A DNA stretch of 64,000 nt. Origin: Leptogorgia sarmentosa (taxonomy: Eukaryota). How positions within the stretch are numbered: the first letter of the stretch is position 1; every line of letters starts with the position of its first letter. Location of the stretch: assembly GCA_964658305.1 (NCBI GenBank), contig OZ210884.1:1488001-1552000 (forward strand). The letters run 5' to 3'. Position numbers and translations under genes: made by a program. The notes under the pieces were generated by a model. The model made no database searches. It saw nothing but the letters and a program-made list of their open reading frames with translations, and was not told the origin of the DNA. Positions 1 through 12,516 of this stretch are shown here, piece after piece.

Positions 1-917
1 AATTATTATATGTGCGTTTCGAAATGAACTCAAGCGAAATACGCGAATAAACCAAATTATTATACTGTACTTCGTTGAATTGAAAAAAATCAGTCCCGTA
101 TCCTTCATTTTTAACCTCTGCATGGTATGAAACCGATGCATACCAAAAACTGAACACATTGTGTGGCATATAATTTGGGCGGGTGAGTGCCCAGATGGTC
201 TAGAGGCTAAAAGCTTTAACTAACCTAAGTTTTTTAAAGGATCCGGACCAAGTGGACCTCCAATAGATTGCAGAGGGAGTGACACGGCTCTGTGCATGTT
301 GTACAGCGAGTTTAGTATGGATGGTCTGGGGACCACCATTTGTATACTGAGACAGTATGGGTACTCAAGACCTGACAGAGAATTCAAAAACTATAGGTTT
401 TGCTAGAAGAAAAGTGAACCCTTAGATTGTAGGTTTGAAACGTAACCTCTGGACTTTATATCAAATTTCCTGTCTGTTGTAATTAGTTAGTTCCCGCGGC
501 TACATGTTTAGTAGCGCAGTTAGGTTTATTATTTCACTTGTAAGACAATCAACTAAGAGCGAGGACACGTCTCAACTTTATTGTATTTTTCCTTCAATTC
601 TTTGGAACTCTATTGAAGTTTGGTGCGCCAACTAAAGTAAGACTTTATCCATTTGTTTTAGTCACGTTTATCGTTTTGTATCATGTTGTATCGTACTAGT
701 TGTAATGTTGGTAGATTATTTAGCGCATTGTTAAGCGGGGCATGTATAATTGTTTGTATTTTAGTACGAACCGCGCATCCTGTATATCCCGAACATTCTC
801 GTTGTATTCTACGCACAGTTCTATCGCACAGTATATTCCACACTATTCAAGTGAACAATTCAATCAATCGGAATAAAGGATATTTACTCTACTTCTGTGC
901 TTGCGGTGTTTCTATTT

Positions 918-1040
918 CAGTGGCGTAGCCGGACCTTCCGCTTTGGGGGGGCGAGTTCGGGGATCCCGGATGAACGCACACCCCCCCCCCCCCCCCGAAA
1001 TTTTTGAAATCTTCATTTCCCAAAATTGCAATTTCCGGAC
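918..1040. mobile_element. Probable terminus of the hAT element (CAGTGGCGTAGCC followed by G/C runs)
   Basis: CAGTGGCGTAGCC plus G and C runs is a typical hAT-type end and lies ~270 nt beyond the transposase stop. No partner TIR was found in the window. Confidence 0.5.
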
Positions 1041-1192
1041 GATATTTTGCAGAATAAATTTAAATGTTTAGGCTTTATATAGATTATTAAAGATAACAAT
1101 TTGCCACAAAGTAAATAGAAAACAAGGTTTTCACAATAATGTACTCCACAAATGAGTTTATATTTATTTGAAGCATCTAATAAACCAATGAT

Positions 1193-3057
1193 CTATACTA
1201 AATCCATTCTTCGTGGGGCGAAATCTATGAATGTTTGCACGAGAATGTCCATATCAAGTTGCTCCAGCAAGTCGTCTTCGATGGACATCAACATCAAGCT
1301 TTCCAGTCTTTCCTGGTGCATGGTTGTCCTTAGGCGAGACTTTATCAATTTCAGCTTCGAAAATGCCCTTTCTGCACTTGTTGATGTCAGCGGAAGTGTC
1401 AGGGCAATTTTCATCAGCTTTGTCAAATTTCCATAGCATTCGGATTCAGCTTGCAAGGCTTTGAACAGGTCATCGAAACTGGCTTTTCTCTTCTCTAACT
1501 TTGCCTTCTCAAGGACATCAGAAAGCAATGACGATCTCTGCAGGGAGAATACTTCGTTCTCTACATAATCAACATTAAGATCGCTTTGAAACCATTGGAC
1601 GGCAACAGAAATGTGTTTCCAAGCTTCTGGTTCGCCTACTCGAGAAGGGCTTAAGTATCCAAGACCTATCAAAACTGGCGCGTTATTCTTGTCAAATCGA
1701 CTTTCGATGGAGCTAACCATAAGATCAAGTACCTAAATTTTGAAAAATACAAATGTAAATCTTTTATATAGGCAAATAGAATGTTTTCAGAACAACTTGT
1801 ATATACATACGTTATAGTAAAAGGAAATTCGAAACTTTTCCTTTGACGTGAGGTGGACTGCTGTGTCAGGTTGATCGTCGATCCTTCGTGGACGTTTGTG
1901 AGTACGCCCTTCTCTTGGTTCGTCGATTTCCAAGCGCTGACACTTTTCCTGTGTAGTTTTCCAAAATTCCTCAAATTTGGGTTCGCACCGCAGAGCCTTC
2001 ACTGCACTTAGTAAATCTGCAACTCTTTCGCAGCCAGCAACAACATCCAGATCCTCCGACTGCAGTTTATCTGACACTCCCTTACTGAGTAGCAGGACTT
2101 TCTTCAGCACCTAATACAAATTATAAACTTACATCAAATTGTCATAAAATATAAATACATTTTACTGATTGTCATGTATTTGTAAATATAAATCACGATA
2201 CGTTTCACTAAATGTTATACCTCCAAAGCCAAAACAAATTCAAAATCACAGACGTTTTGAAGCAATCCTTTTGCTTCTGCAGCGATGTGAGCCTTCGTTT
2301 CAGTTTCTCGGATCTATCGTAGAGTCGCGATAACAGCATCGAGCGTGTTGTAAATCGCTGTGTTACTGTCCGCCCGACAGGCCCATCTTGTATCCGACAA
2401 TTTCTTCAAAACGTATTCACGCTTCTTTTTTCCATCATCACCCAATGTATTAATCTCTTTCTGGTGTTTCACATACACTGCATGTCGTTTGGTACAAGTT
2501 TCAATAAAAACATACAAATTTTGCAACGTTCCAAAGAAATCCCTTACCATACTATTCTTAGTCATTGTGTCTACGATGATTAAATTTAGAACGTGAGCAT
2601 AACAGTGGGTGTAAATTGCTGACGTGGAAATCTCTTTAATTCGTGCTTGTAGTCCGGTGTGGATTCCAGACACGTTACTTGCACCATCATAACATTGTCC
2701 ACGCATGTTCGAAAATTCCAACTGACACTGGTGCAATTTCTCTCGGATGGTGTTGAAAAGTGCTTCAGCTGTGGTTTCCTCCATAGGTTTCACCGCTAAC
2801 AGACGTTCTTCTACCACTCCATTCCAGACATAACGAACAAGTATAGCTAACTGTTCCGTTTTACTAAGATCTGGTGTTTCATCTGCCATAATTGCATACA
2901 TCTCGTTACAGTTATTAAAATACTCAGTGGTTCCCGTAAAAAAGTTGTTAACGCAGTGCTTCTGGTCTTGAGAATGACTGAATCGCGCATGAACTGCAGG
3001 AAAAATTCCCTTTGAGAAATGAGAACCATTGTTCACGTACGTGTTCACATACAACAA
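1193..3057 (-). pseudogene. hAT-superfamily transposase (ZMYM1/THAP12-like, DUF4371 + hAT dimerisation domain), intron-containing, with premature stop
   Basis: Three ORFs join through GT-AG introns at 2111-2220 and 1733-1810. hAT motifs: AIMADETPD..EQL, GQCYDGASNVSG, YTHCYAHVLNL, LSDTRWACR and C-terminal TLPLTSTSAERAFSKLKLIKSRLRTTM..ERL. An in-frame TAG at 2314-2316 interrupts the frame (ATLR*IRETE..FVLALE). Recognisable homology fades above ~2900. Confidence 0.9.
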
Positions 3058-5115
3058 AGTTTCTGATTGTTCTAGTTGTGGGTTGCATATAAATTGTCAA
3101 AAAATGTTATTTTACTGAATTTTGCCTCGTTTTTGCCGGTATTCTGCTGGACCTTGAGTGGAAGAAAGGATGTATCCCTAGCTCGATTCCTTTTTTGCTG
3201 TAAAATGCATTTAATGCATGTAATTTCAACAAAAACACAGTACCTTAAGGCTTTATTGTTTGTGTATATCTTGCTTTAGTTCTAAATAAATTTATGTGGA
3301 ACATGTTGTTTTATGTTTCACATAAGCAATAACAGGAGTATTAATTCTATTGTGTTGAAAATTTCCAGTTTCAGTTAAAAGACCCAGGCTAGGCAGGACA
3401 GCATGCAGGCCTAGTTAGTTCTGACATGTTTGGTAAGGATATTTCTTGATGAAGCAAATTGGCTCAGCATCAGAAGTATGGTTATGATTGGTAGAAAATA
3501 TGCAAATTATTAGAAATTCTTTTAATTAAAATGAAATAATGAAAGTGATCAAAATCAGGAATGATTTGCTGGTGTTGTAAGGAACATTGCCTTACATGCA
3601 ATTATATATAGATTGAGTGAGGCAACCTACTATGCACCTTTACTGCTGCGTTAATTGTTAATTCATGTTTACATAATTTATTGTAGTGTTTTTATAAATA
3701 TTTCTTTTACAAATATTTACCACAATGGTAATACATGTAAAGAATTGTTGATATACTTAGGTCATAAATGGCCTTACAGAGTAGGCTGGTAATGTAGGAG
3801 TGGGAAACATGTACACTGATGTCTCACTCATAGACAACTCGGCCTCGTTGTCTAATCCCCGAGCCACGGCGCGAAGCGCCGTCCGGGCGTTAGCCCGGGG
3901 CGAGGGTAATAATTCCGCACGGCTATATGCACCCGGGTAATGGGCACCATATCGGAGTCTAAAGTTGCTCGATTTGGCCGCCATTTTGAGTCATCGTCGA
4001 AGGGTGGTCATCACTGATATCAAAACTATGGCGGAGTATCATGAAGAGCCGAAGCTTTTTAAAGTTTTTAAGAAGCTTTTAAAAGGCTTAAAGCTTTTGG
4101 GAAGGCGAAAACAAAGACAATATCTACGCTGCAAAACTTGAAAAGCCTTCTCAGAAGATATAAAACGCTGAGAAAGGGGAAGAAACGATCATGAATTTAC
4201 ACACAGGACCGATAAGTTCGTCAATATATTGTTGGCAGTGAACTTTTATTTTGCGCATATATACTATTTGTATGAAAGGTCGCCGGCCGTAGCCGCATTT
4301 AATCTATTAACGGTTCAATTCCAGAGTATAAGTTTCCCACAAAATATTTACAAACTTTACTCAAAAGAACACGAGCGAACACTGGAGTCTGGCTGGAAAT
4401 TGTTTCATATCAACATTTTCGCATACTTTACCTCTTGAGCTAATCGCAAACTATACTTTTCCATCACCAAGATTTACACAAAAAGGGCACCTTTGCCCCC
4501 CTTAGGAAAGGGCAAGGGGAGAGCTTGCCCCTCCGCCCCCCCCCCCTCCCCGGCGTCCCTGTAAAAGCAGATGTTTTGACTGTTTTCAAAAAAATACAGA
4601 AATACGAATTGCCGATCGTGTTGTCATGACAACAACCTCTGACTGCTTTACTAACAGTACTTCATGTTCCAAAAATATAGTTGCATTTTTTTGCAAGTAA
4701 AGCGAGGGGTTGCTGCATATATGTATTTCTAGTTGTTAAATATATTAAATCATGGTGCATGGCGGTAGGGCTTTATCGCGTCGTCTTTATTCAATAGCGC
4801 CCGTTTTAAATTATACTCGAAGTTTGAAATCCTGGTAAATTAATTAAAGTCATTCACTTCAAGCGAAAATATTACGAGTTTACGACTTTGTAAAGTTAAA
4901 AAGCACAATGGATCGTATAATATAATTGAAGCAAAATCTTAAATACCGGGGAGGTTGAACCATGTCGCTCGCAGTATAATAAGCCAGTAAGCCATGCTCA
5001 GAGGACAATCCCATGAACGTCGTACCCCACCTTAACCTGGTGACGTCAAATCCGCCATGTTTGAAGCAACCCCCAGTTAGATAAGTATAGCTCAGTGTCT
5101 TAGCTTAGATGATCC

Positions 5116-5949
5116 CATTGAACTAAATTAAACTGGAAGGCTACTTCCGGCCGGAAACTTGAAGCCAAATCGGCCCCAGTCTTTCCACGCAATGTAGACA
5201 CGGCCAAAACAAAAACATTTCTGTTTTTTGTTGAAAAAACTTGTACAAAATTCGCAAAAAATAGTTTTAGGAAGATATGAATCATTTATATGTAACATAA
5301 ATTTGGTGAATGTTTGGTTTTCATAATGATGACCAGTTTTTGCCAAATTTTGTATGGTGCTGCATGAAAAAACTAGCGCTTTTTGTAAAAAAAAACCGAA
5401 CGGCGATAAGTGGCCTTTTGAGGTTTTGCCACTTTTGCTATGTCGGGCTGTCATTTTTCGTCTATTCTTGACATTTTTCAAAAATTGTTTGCCCACAGGC
5501 GACCATGACATAGTCATAGACTAAAATCTGTTGTGATTCCATTTGTAGCCAGCTTTCGAATCAATATGTCAAGCACATGAGATCCGTTTTAATCGAGACA
5601 CAATCGTTTGTTTTCGGCGAGTTTACCTTACAGAAATTCATTTGATCGCGATAAAATTCAACTTTTCTGTATTCATAGCTGCACAAGAAAAGGCTTTGAA
5701 ACGGTAAAAAAAACAGCAAAATCACTTCTCTATCGCATCGCAAATTCCTACTTTCTCTTTTGAAAACATGTTGTTGACTTGTTCGCTGACTTCGCTCCTT
5801 TCTACCGCGCGAGAATGTCACGCAGTTGAACTCGCGTGAAATTACCCCCAGACACGCGTGTCTGGGGGTAATTCCACGCAAAATTTTGGCTTCAATTTTT
5901 TCGTTCCCGTTAGTATGAAGGTAGCCTTCCAGTTACATATAGTTCAATG
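5116..5949. mobile_element. MITE with ~29-bp imperfect TIRs and 8-bp TSD (P- or hAT-type)
   Basis: Left end CATTGAACTAAATTAAACTGGAAGGCTAC; reverse complement of right end CATTGAACTATATGTAACTGGAAGGCTAC. Flanks GATGATCC (5108-5115) and CATGATCC (5950-5957) match at 7/8. Confidence 0.75.
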
Positions 5950-8299
5950 CATGATCCCCATTGTCTAGTCCGGGCGATAGGCCGAAGAGGGTACTAATTC
6001 CGCACGGCTTTTTGCACCCGGGTAAAGAGAAGTATAGCGTATATAGTCCAAAGTTATTTCCCTGCCATTTTGGGTCATGGTTCAAGGTTGGTGGGTGGTC
6101 TCACTGATTTCAAAAATATAGCGGCGAACACTAAGGCTTCGAAATGGCGAACAAAACGAAGACTATTGCTGCAAGACTATAAAAGACACCTGAGAATATA
6201 TAAATGCGGAAAAAAAGACAGAAATGCGAGTAGAAACGACAATGGATTGAAATACAAGACAAGCGTATGTATTGTTTGAATATAAAATTCTTGCGAATGG
6301 CTGGCTTAGCAGCACCAACCTTTCCAGGCATTAAAATTAGGAACTTTTACAAGGACACATAGTGGTTGCTTTCATATGAAACAATCGCTTTAAATTTGAG
6401 GATGTGAAACACAATTTTTAGTAAATTTAATACTACTGTGAATATGAATACTGTTTCTATATATTTACAATGTCGTTTAGACAGACGTTAAAATTACTAT
6501 TACTGTTACAGTAGCGAAACAGCGTCATCACAATACTGTTTCAAATTCGCAAATTGAAATTTTATTAAAAATTTGTGCACGTTATTTTCAAGTACACTGT
6601 TTTCAATTTACAAGGACACGTTTTCCTTTTAAGGGGACACAAAGTGTGTACAAGGACATGCTATTTTAACGCCTGCCGCACTCAATCTGTTCAGAGTTTA
6701 TTTCAAGGAAGTTCACGTTTTGTAAACACAAAACTGCCTTTTAATTATTTTGAAATACTAACGAACATTAAATGTAAAAGTATAGGAACGAATATTGGCC
6801 TGAAATGATTTTATTTCAAACACGGAATTTATGTAAAATATGAATTGCAGTGTTGTGAATATTACAATGTAGTCTTGGTATGTTGTTATAGGCATGCGAG
6901 CGGGTTTCGACAAAAATACACGGACTGCCCTACAGAATTTGACATATAAAACATAAACGCAATAGCAAACGGCACTTCAACTCTATTTTCTCGGAAAACA
7001 TGTGAAATGATTGTATTTAAGGATATTCAATACATATGCTTTTTAAATTTTTCGGTAGTCATTCGTAGCGTTTTTTATATAGGAGGTTATCTGTATCATT
7101 TAGCTATACAGACTTATAAACAGAAATATTCCCTACCTTCTGCTTTCCACTTGCGATGAGGAGAAGCGCCAGAAAGTGAAGTAATAAAAAAAACCAAACT
7201 AAGAAATGCAATCCACTCAAGCGAATGCATCCCTGCAGATGCAGTTCTAGTACCGATGAGGTAGGATCTCCAATTCCTATACAGAACGTCTGTAAAGATT
7301 TTTCAGGTAAAGAAGTAAAGATTCAGTCAGAGACAACGACGAACCAGTGGCTTATGCCCTTACTCGCTAACTTCGAACAGTAGCAATATAGTGACGAATA
7401 GTCGAACTTACTCGCTCGCAGGAAGTTTCACTTGTTTTTGAAGTCGTATCGTATATAGGACACTATATAAGCAATCTGATTGATTGAGGGTTCTTATAAA
7501 GAATTACCATATCTGATCGACATGCATGTATTGAATTGCCAGAATTAAGTTTGTTCGGATTAAATTTATGCTTTGACACTCATAGTAATTAGAATTCAAT
7601 GTTTGTTGAGAAAAATATGCGCAGATAAATTAAACGAATTTAACTCGGATTTAACTGATGCTGGATTCGAATGATATTGTGTCTCAGTAGTCAGTACCAC
7701 CAAATGACCAAATAAAGGCAATAAATTGCGAACAAGTAAACACTTCTCATCAATGAAAATGAATAGTGACCACGCACGTGCATTGAAGAACTGTGAATAA
7801 ATTATTAGCTGCAAATCTTAAAAATAACGAAAACGTGCACGTTGGAATCTCAATGAGCAGGAAGTTTTTGGATTATTTTGAGTGGTAAATCACAATAATT
7901 ATAAAGATTTTTAAATACCTTGATCAACAAAAACGGCAGATGGAAATAGCTTAATTCTAGAGTTTGGGGATGAATTACATGATATTAAATGGGGATATTA
8001 TGGCCTCACAAAATTTATAACTACATAAGTATTAATTACCAGAAATACATACTTGCAGCAACCCCTCGCTTGCCTTACGAACGTACCAATTGACGACATT
8101 CAACTGAGCGCAACTATATTTTAGCAACATGAAGTACTGAGTCACTGCTATAAAAACAACACGGTAATTCATATTCTGACAGTTGTATATGGAAATATTT
8201 TCCACCATACAATATTTTCCGTATACGCTGGCCAATCGACCAATAAAGAGATTAGTATACAAAACAACAGATATCTTGCGGAACAGTAAAATCTATTTT

Positions 8300-8926
8300 T
8301 GCTAGGTAACCTCAACTCTTCTAATTTTCTCTCTGATTTTTTCTTTCCTCTGCGAGAATTTATCTGCTCTGGTTTTCGATGTACGAATGCAAATATAGAG
8401 GGTACACTTCCAGCTTTTAATGGTTTCTTTTTCGTTTTAAACCCAAACATCTCGTTAAGAGAGCGGTCGTCAAAGCATTCGGAGGCGAAATGCGCGCTAC
8501 AAACATAGCATGAATTCGCTTTCCGCAGGTTCTCACGACGAATCCTTATGAATGTAAGTCAATTCGGCCCACATACCAACTCGGCACACGTATAAGTCAA
8601 TTCGGCCCAATATTAGCTATATGGCAATTCTGACTCTTGTCTTCTCTTTTTCTTTTTGTTTTTCTAATCCAGGCCCAAACACTTATTCAGACCCTAACAA
8701 CAAAATGTTGAGCAAAAAAGCTTGAACAAAACTGGGCCGAGTTGACTGGGACGTGGGCCGAGTTGGTTGGGCCGGGTTGGTATGTGGGCCTAGTCGACTG
8801 GTTAGCTACCTTCCGCATCTGCTGGTCGTTTGGCAAACGATGATAAGATATAATTTATTGCTTCCCTTTGTCTTCTTTGAGCAATTCGTGCAACCGGGTA
8901 TAGGCCGAAATTTAATTTCGTACCAT
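8300..8926 (-). pseudogene. Disrupted THAP zinc-finger domain (transposon-derived)
   Basis: Minus strand reads IPGCTNCSKKTKG / ISYHRLPNDQQMRKV [insert] IRIRRENLRKANSCYVCSAHFASECF..LKAGSVPSIF. This is the THAP C2CH signature with an AVPTIF-like box, broken by a frameshift and an insertion. Confidence 0.85.
8549..8806. mobile_element. Small foldback MITE inserted in the THAP domain
   Basis: Repeated AGTCAATTCGGCCC/CCAACTCGGC units on the left are mirrored by GGGCCGAGTTG(A/G) units on the right. The THAP reading frame resumes on both sides. Confidence 0.65.
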
Positions 8927-11435
8927 AACGATGGTGCTTCACAGAAAGATCTTTTGGTTGAAGCAAATAATTTCAAAGAGAAAACTTTGTTTTTGTACTT
9001 GTACGTTCGAATAAAAAAGAACGAGAACAACAGGCTACAATTTTCACTAATTTAGTCTTATTTATCAATCAGGGCAAGCTAGAATCTTTTACACAATGTC
9101 AAAGAAAAGCAGCTTGTTGAGTTGAGCTGTAATTAATAACCTTTGTGTGCATGTGAAAACCTTCAGCCATACCGTATAAAGCTATCTATTACAAAACATG
9201 AACATTCTAAAAACATGAACATGAACAAGATGAGCATTCTAAAAACGAACTTTAATTTGTACTTCAGCAATAGTTACAGTAAACACATTTAATTAATACT
9301 CCAGCATTTCGGAAAGAATTAATTTAAAACACTTTCAATAATTTCATCAAAAAATCTACAAATAATAAACCTCGAAACGATGCATATTTATGGTCTATTT
9401 CCACCTATTCCGTGTAAACGAATCCTCCCGCATGCGCACCTTGGCAGCAACTTTGTTTGTCGTAGTGAGCCTTGCAGTAAATTTGGCCTAAAAATTAAAT
9501 AGAATTTTATAAACATCTAAAGAAAGTACAATAAACATAAATTTTGTGTTTCGTAGGCTCTCATACGAACAGATTTATTTTACAACTACGCTTATGACAT
9601 AAACTCGCTGAGTGCAGCAGATCTTCACTTGAAATTTAAAATTGTCTGTCTTTTAAGGGAGCCCCATCCCCTCTTCACGAACTATTACAATCGAGGCCGC
9701 AAAAACGATACAGACTGGTGAACGATAACTTGTATTGAATAACTATTCACGGTCAGTTTGTATGCAGGAATTGTATAATCATAGCATTTCGTGGTTGATT
9801 AATTCGCAGTTGTTGCAAATTCAAAGAGCCAAGAGAATCTGTGAAGATCTCATGGTGTAGTAAAACATTGGAAAACATTGTGGACCCAATACGGACAATT
9901 TCGCCTATTGTGTAGCTATTGTGTAGCCTTCTGAGCCACATTTGATTGTTTTTGCTTACGCTTTGGATGACAGACCAGCATGGGCACTGAACACATGGCC
10001 ATTAAAGTCATTCTCTAGTCTCGAAATCTGTTCACCAAACTGACCAACTGAATCCACGAAGTAAGCTGAGCCTTCTGCGCGCTTGTCGATGCTGTGTAGT
10101 GCAATGCGCATGGGATAAAGATATCAAACTAAACACGTAACAGCATTGTATTATTGAGTTGGACGCTTATATAGATAATAACTTGAACTAACCTTTATGT
10201 TCATTGAACGTCACGCTATCCAGTCGCTTATTACAATGACAGCACTTCAGGCACCATTTGTGTCATACTTCGCCATTCTTTCCACTTATTGGAGCCCTTT
10301 CAGCAGTGAAAACAGCCTTTTCACAGCACGGGCAGATTTCAGACATTGTGGTAGGCTATCTGTTTACCTGTTGGAGAAAAATATTGAAATAAATCGTAAT
10401 ATATAACAGGGACTTGCTTTGTTTCGTACTACAGTGTCCATAAAATAGAAACACTGCGATGAAACCCACTTACTTTGGCAACGGAGAAAATTTGCGTTTC
10501 ACCGAGTTCGTTAGACACCTTTAGTGGTCTCCTGCTCAATACGTAGTAACAGCTCATGTAGCTAGCAGAGGGATGGGTTTACAAATTGATGTCGAGCGTA
10601 TATCCGTTGCATGTGATGTGCTTGAAATATATTAACATCACTCGGAGTGACTGCCATCCTCTCGAGATCTTCTGGAATAATAGAATAGGCCAAAATTATG
10701 GCGAATTGTTTCACGTTAACTTTTGTATTTTTTTTCATTTCATAATCTTGCAACTCTCACATTTTCAATTCCTATCTTTTATTTGTTCTTCTTATGAATT
10801 CAAACGATTGATTAATAGTCTTAATAGAGACCGTTTTTATTTAAATTTCCTCTATAGAAGCTAAGTGAGATGCATGAATCATTGGCACGGCAAATAAAGA
10901 TTTTTTTTCTTTCAAATAGTAACAGCTCATATAGCAGAGGGAGGGGTTACGAATTGATCTCGAACGTTTATCCGTTGCATGTGATGTGCTTGAATTATGT
11001 TGATATCACTTTCATGCGTCGCTATAGCTTGCGTGACCCGTTCTACAAACTTTGCTTTTGTTTACAGAATGATTTGATCACATGCCAAGTACACGAGATT
11101 CCGAAAGTGTAAGTGGTGAATTAATCTCGAGCGTATATCCGTTGTTTGTTGCTCAAATATATGAACATCACTCAAGGTCGTAGCGAAGCTGTGGTCATGG
11201 GGGGGGGGGGGGGGGTGTAGAGATGTTAAAACCTGAAATTAGAACAACCAAAACAAGAAAAGCAATATCTAGTCCACTATATCGACTTTTCTAACTTCTC
11301 CGGGGACAAACAAGACCAAAAATTACCGGCGGTTGAATGTTCTCATAAACTCTTTACAACAACAATTGCTTTTGAAAACCGTGTCGGTATTTAGAAGCCA
11401 ATAGGAGATTAGATATTGCTGTCCTTGTTTGAAAC

Positions 11436-11613
11436 CAGGGCCGTCGCTAGAACGTTAATTGGGGGGGTGCATATTCATATTTTGGCGTTCTGCCGACTGA
11501 TTTCTTTTGAAATTAATTCATAAACAACTGATTTCAAAAGAAATCAGTCGGCAGAACGCCAAAATATGAATATGCACCCCTCCCCCCCAATTAACGTTCT
11601 AGCGACGGCCCTG
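11436..11613. mobile_element. hAT-type palindromic MITE, 178 bp, perfect 8-bp TSD
   Basis: CAGGGCCGTCGCTAGAACGTTAATTGGG...CCCAATTAACGTTCTAGCGACGGCCCTG, almost fully self-complementary. TSD TTTGAAAC at 11428-11435 and 11614-11621. Empty site GTCCTTGTTTAAAACATGTAA in paralogous units (e.g. ~24764, ~40184). Confidence 0.93.
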
Positions 11614-12516
11614 TTTGAAACATGTAAATACAATGTTACAGGGTTCGAAAGTAAAGCGTATCAGGCAGTATCACGGATGTGGCGTCAGCAGCATTAGCGC
11701 TTTTGCGTGCGTTTCTAGTCCATTCCATTGATCATATGCCTTCGAGCCGGGTGGGGAAGGGGGGAACTTCCCCCGCAGAAATTTTTAAGGCCAAAATTCG
11801 GCCAATTTTTCTGTGAAACTCCCGCAAAAATCTGAGGAATAAGGTAATGTGAACAATCCCTGATTTGTTCACCTGAGCGAGCATAAAAAGAAAGTGTAGT
11901 TATAGTAGTCTCAAATCGCCGTTTCCGGCAATCTAGAGGTTCTAAATTAATGTTCAAAATTTTCGCGATCGGCGCCCACCATGATGGCGCCCCGTTAGAC
12001 CCACTCCTCCCACATTCAGACAAAGATCTTTCTGCCCCCTCTGAAAAATGAAGCCCATACGGCTATGCTTTGATTGTCTGTGCTCGTGACTAACATCCTC
12101 TCGATTTCGTCCGGAATAACAGTTTGCCTTAACTAAACAGCGGATAAGAAAAATTTTTAATGATCAAATAATATAATGTAGTTCAATTGGATAATTTTAA
12201 TTCTTTTTTATGGTGATCTCGCACATATTGGATAATTTTAATTTTGATTGTCCAATGAAAGCCGATAAACTTGATATTCTTGACTTATCCACTATTCCGC
12301 TAAGAAACAGGCCCCTATCCTATAATTTGCGTCCCTTCAGTTCGCCATGCAGATTGAACAAAACTGCCAATATCAAACTAGCAAATGCACAGTCTCCTTG
12401 ATAGAAAGTCTACTTTATTTCATATTGCTCATACAACAATGGACACACAACGGTTTACAGAAAAACATGGTATAGAAAATAGTATAGGAAATATACGTGA
12501 GATTTGCTGCAGCAGT

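Noticed and set aside
180..270. tRNA or tRNA-derived SINE head (GGTCTAGAGGCTAA)
   Set aside because: Only an A-box-like stretch; no convincing B-box or cloverleaf.
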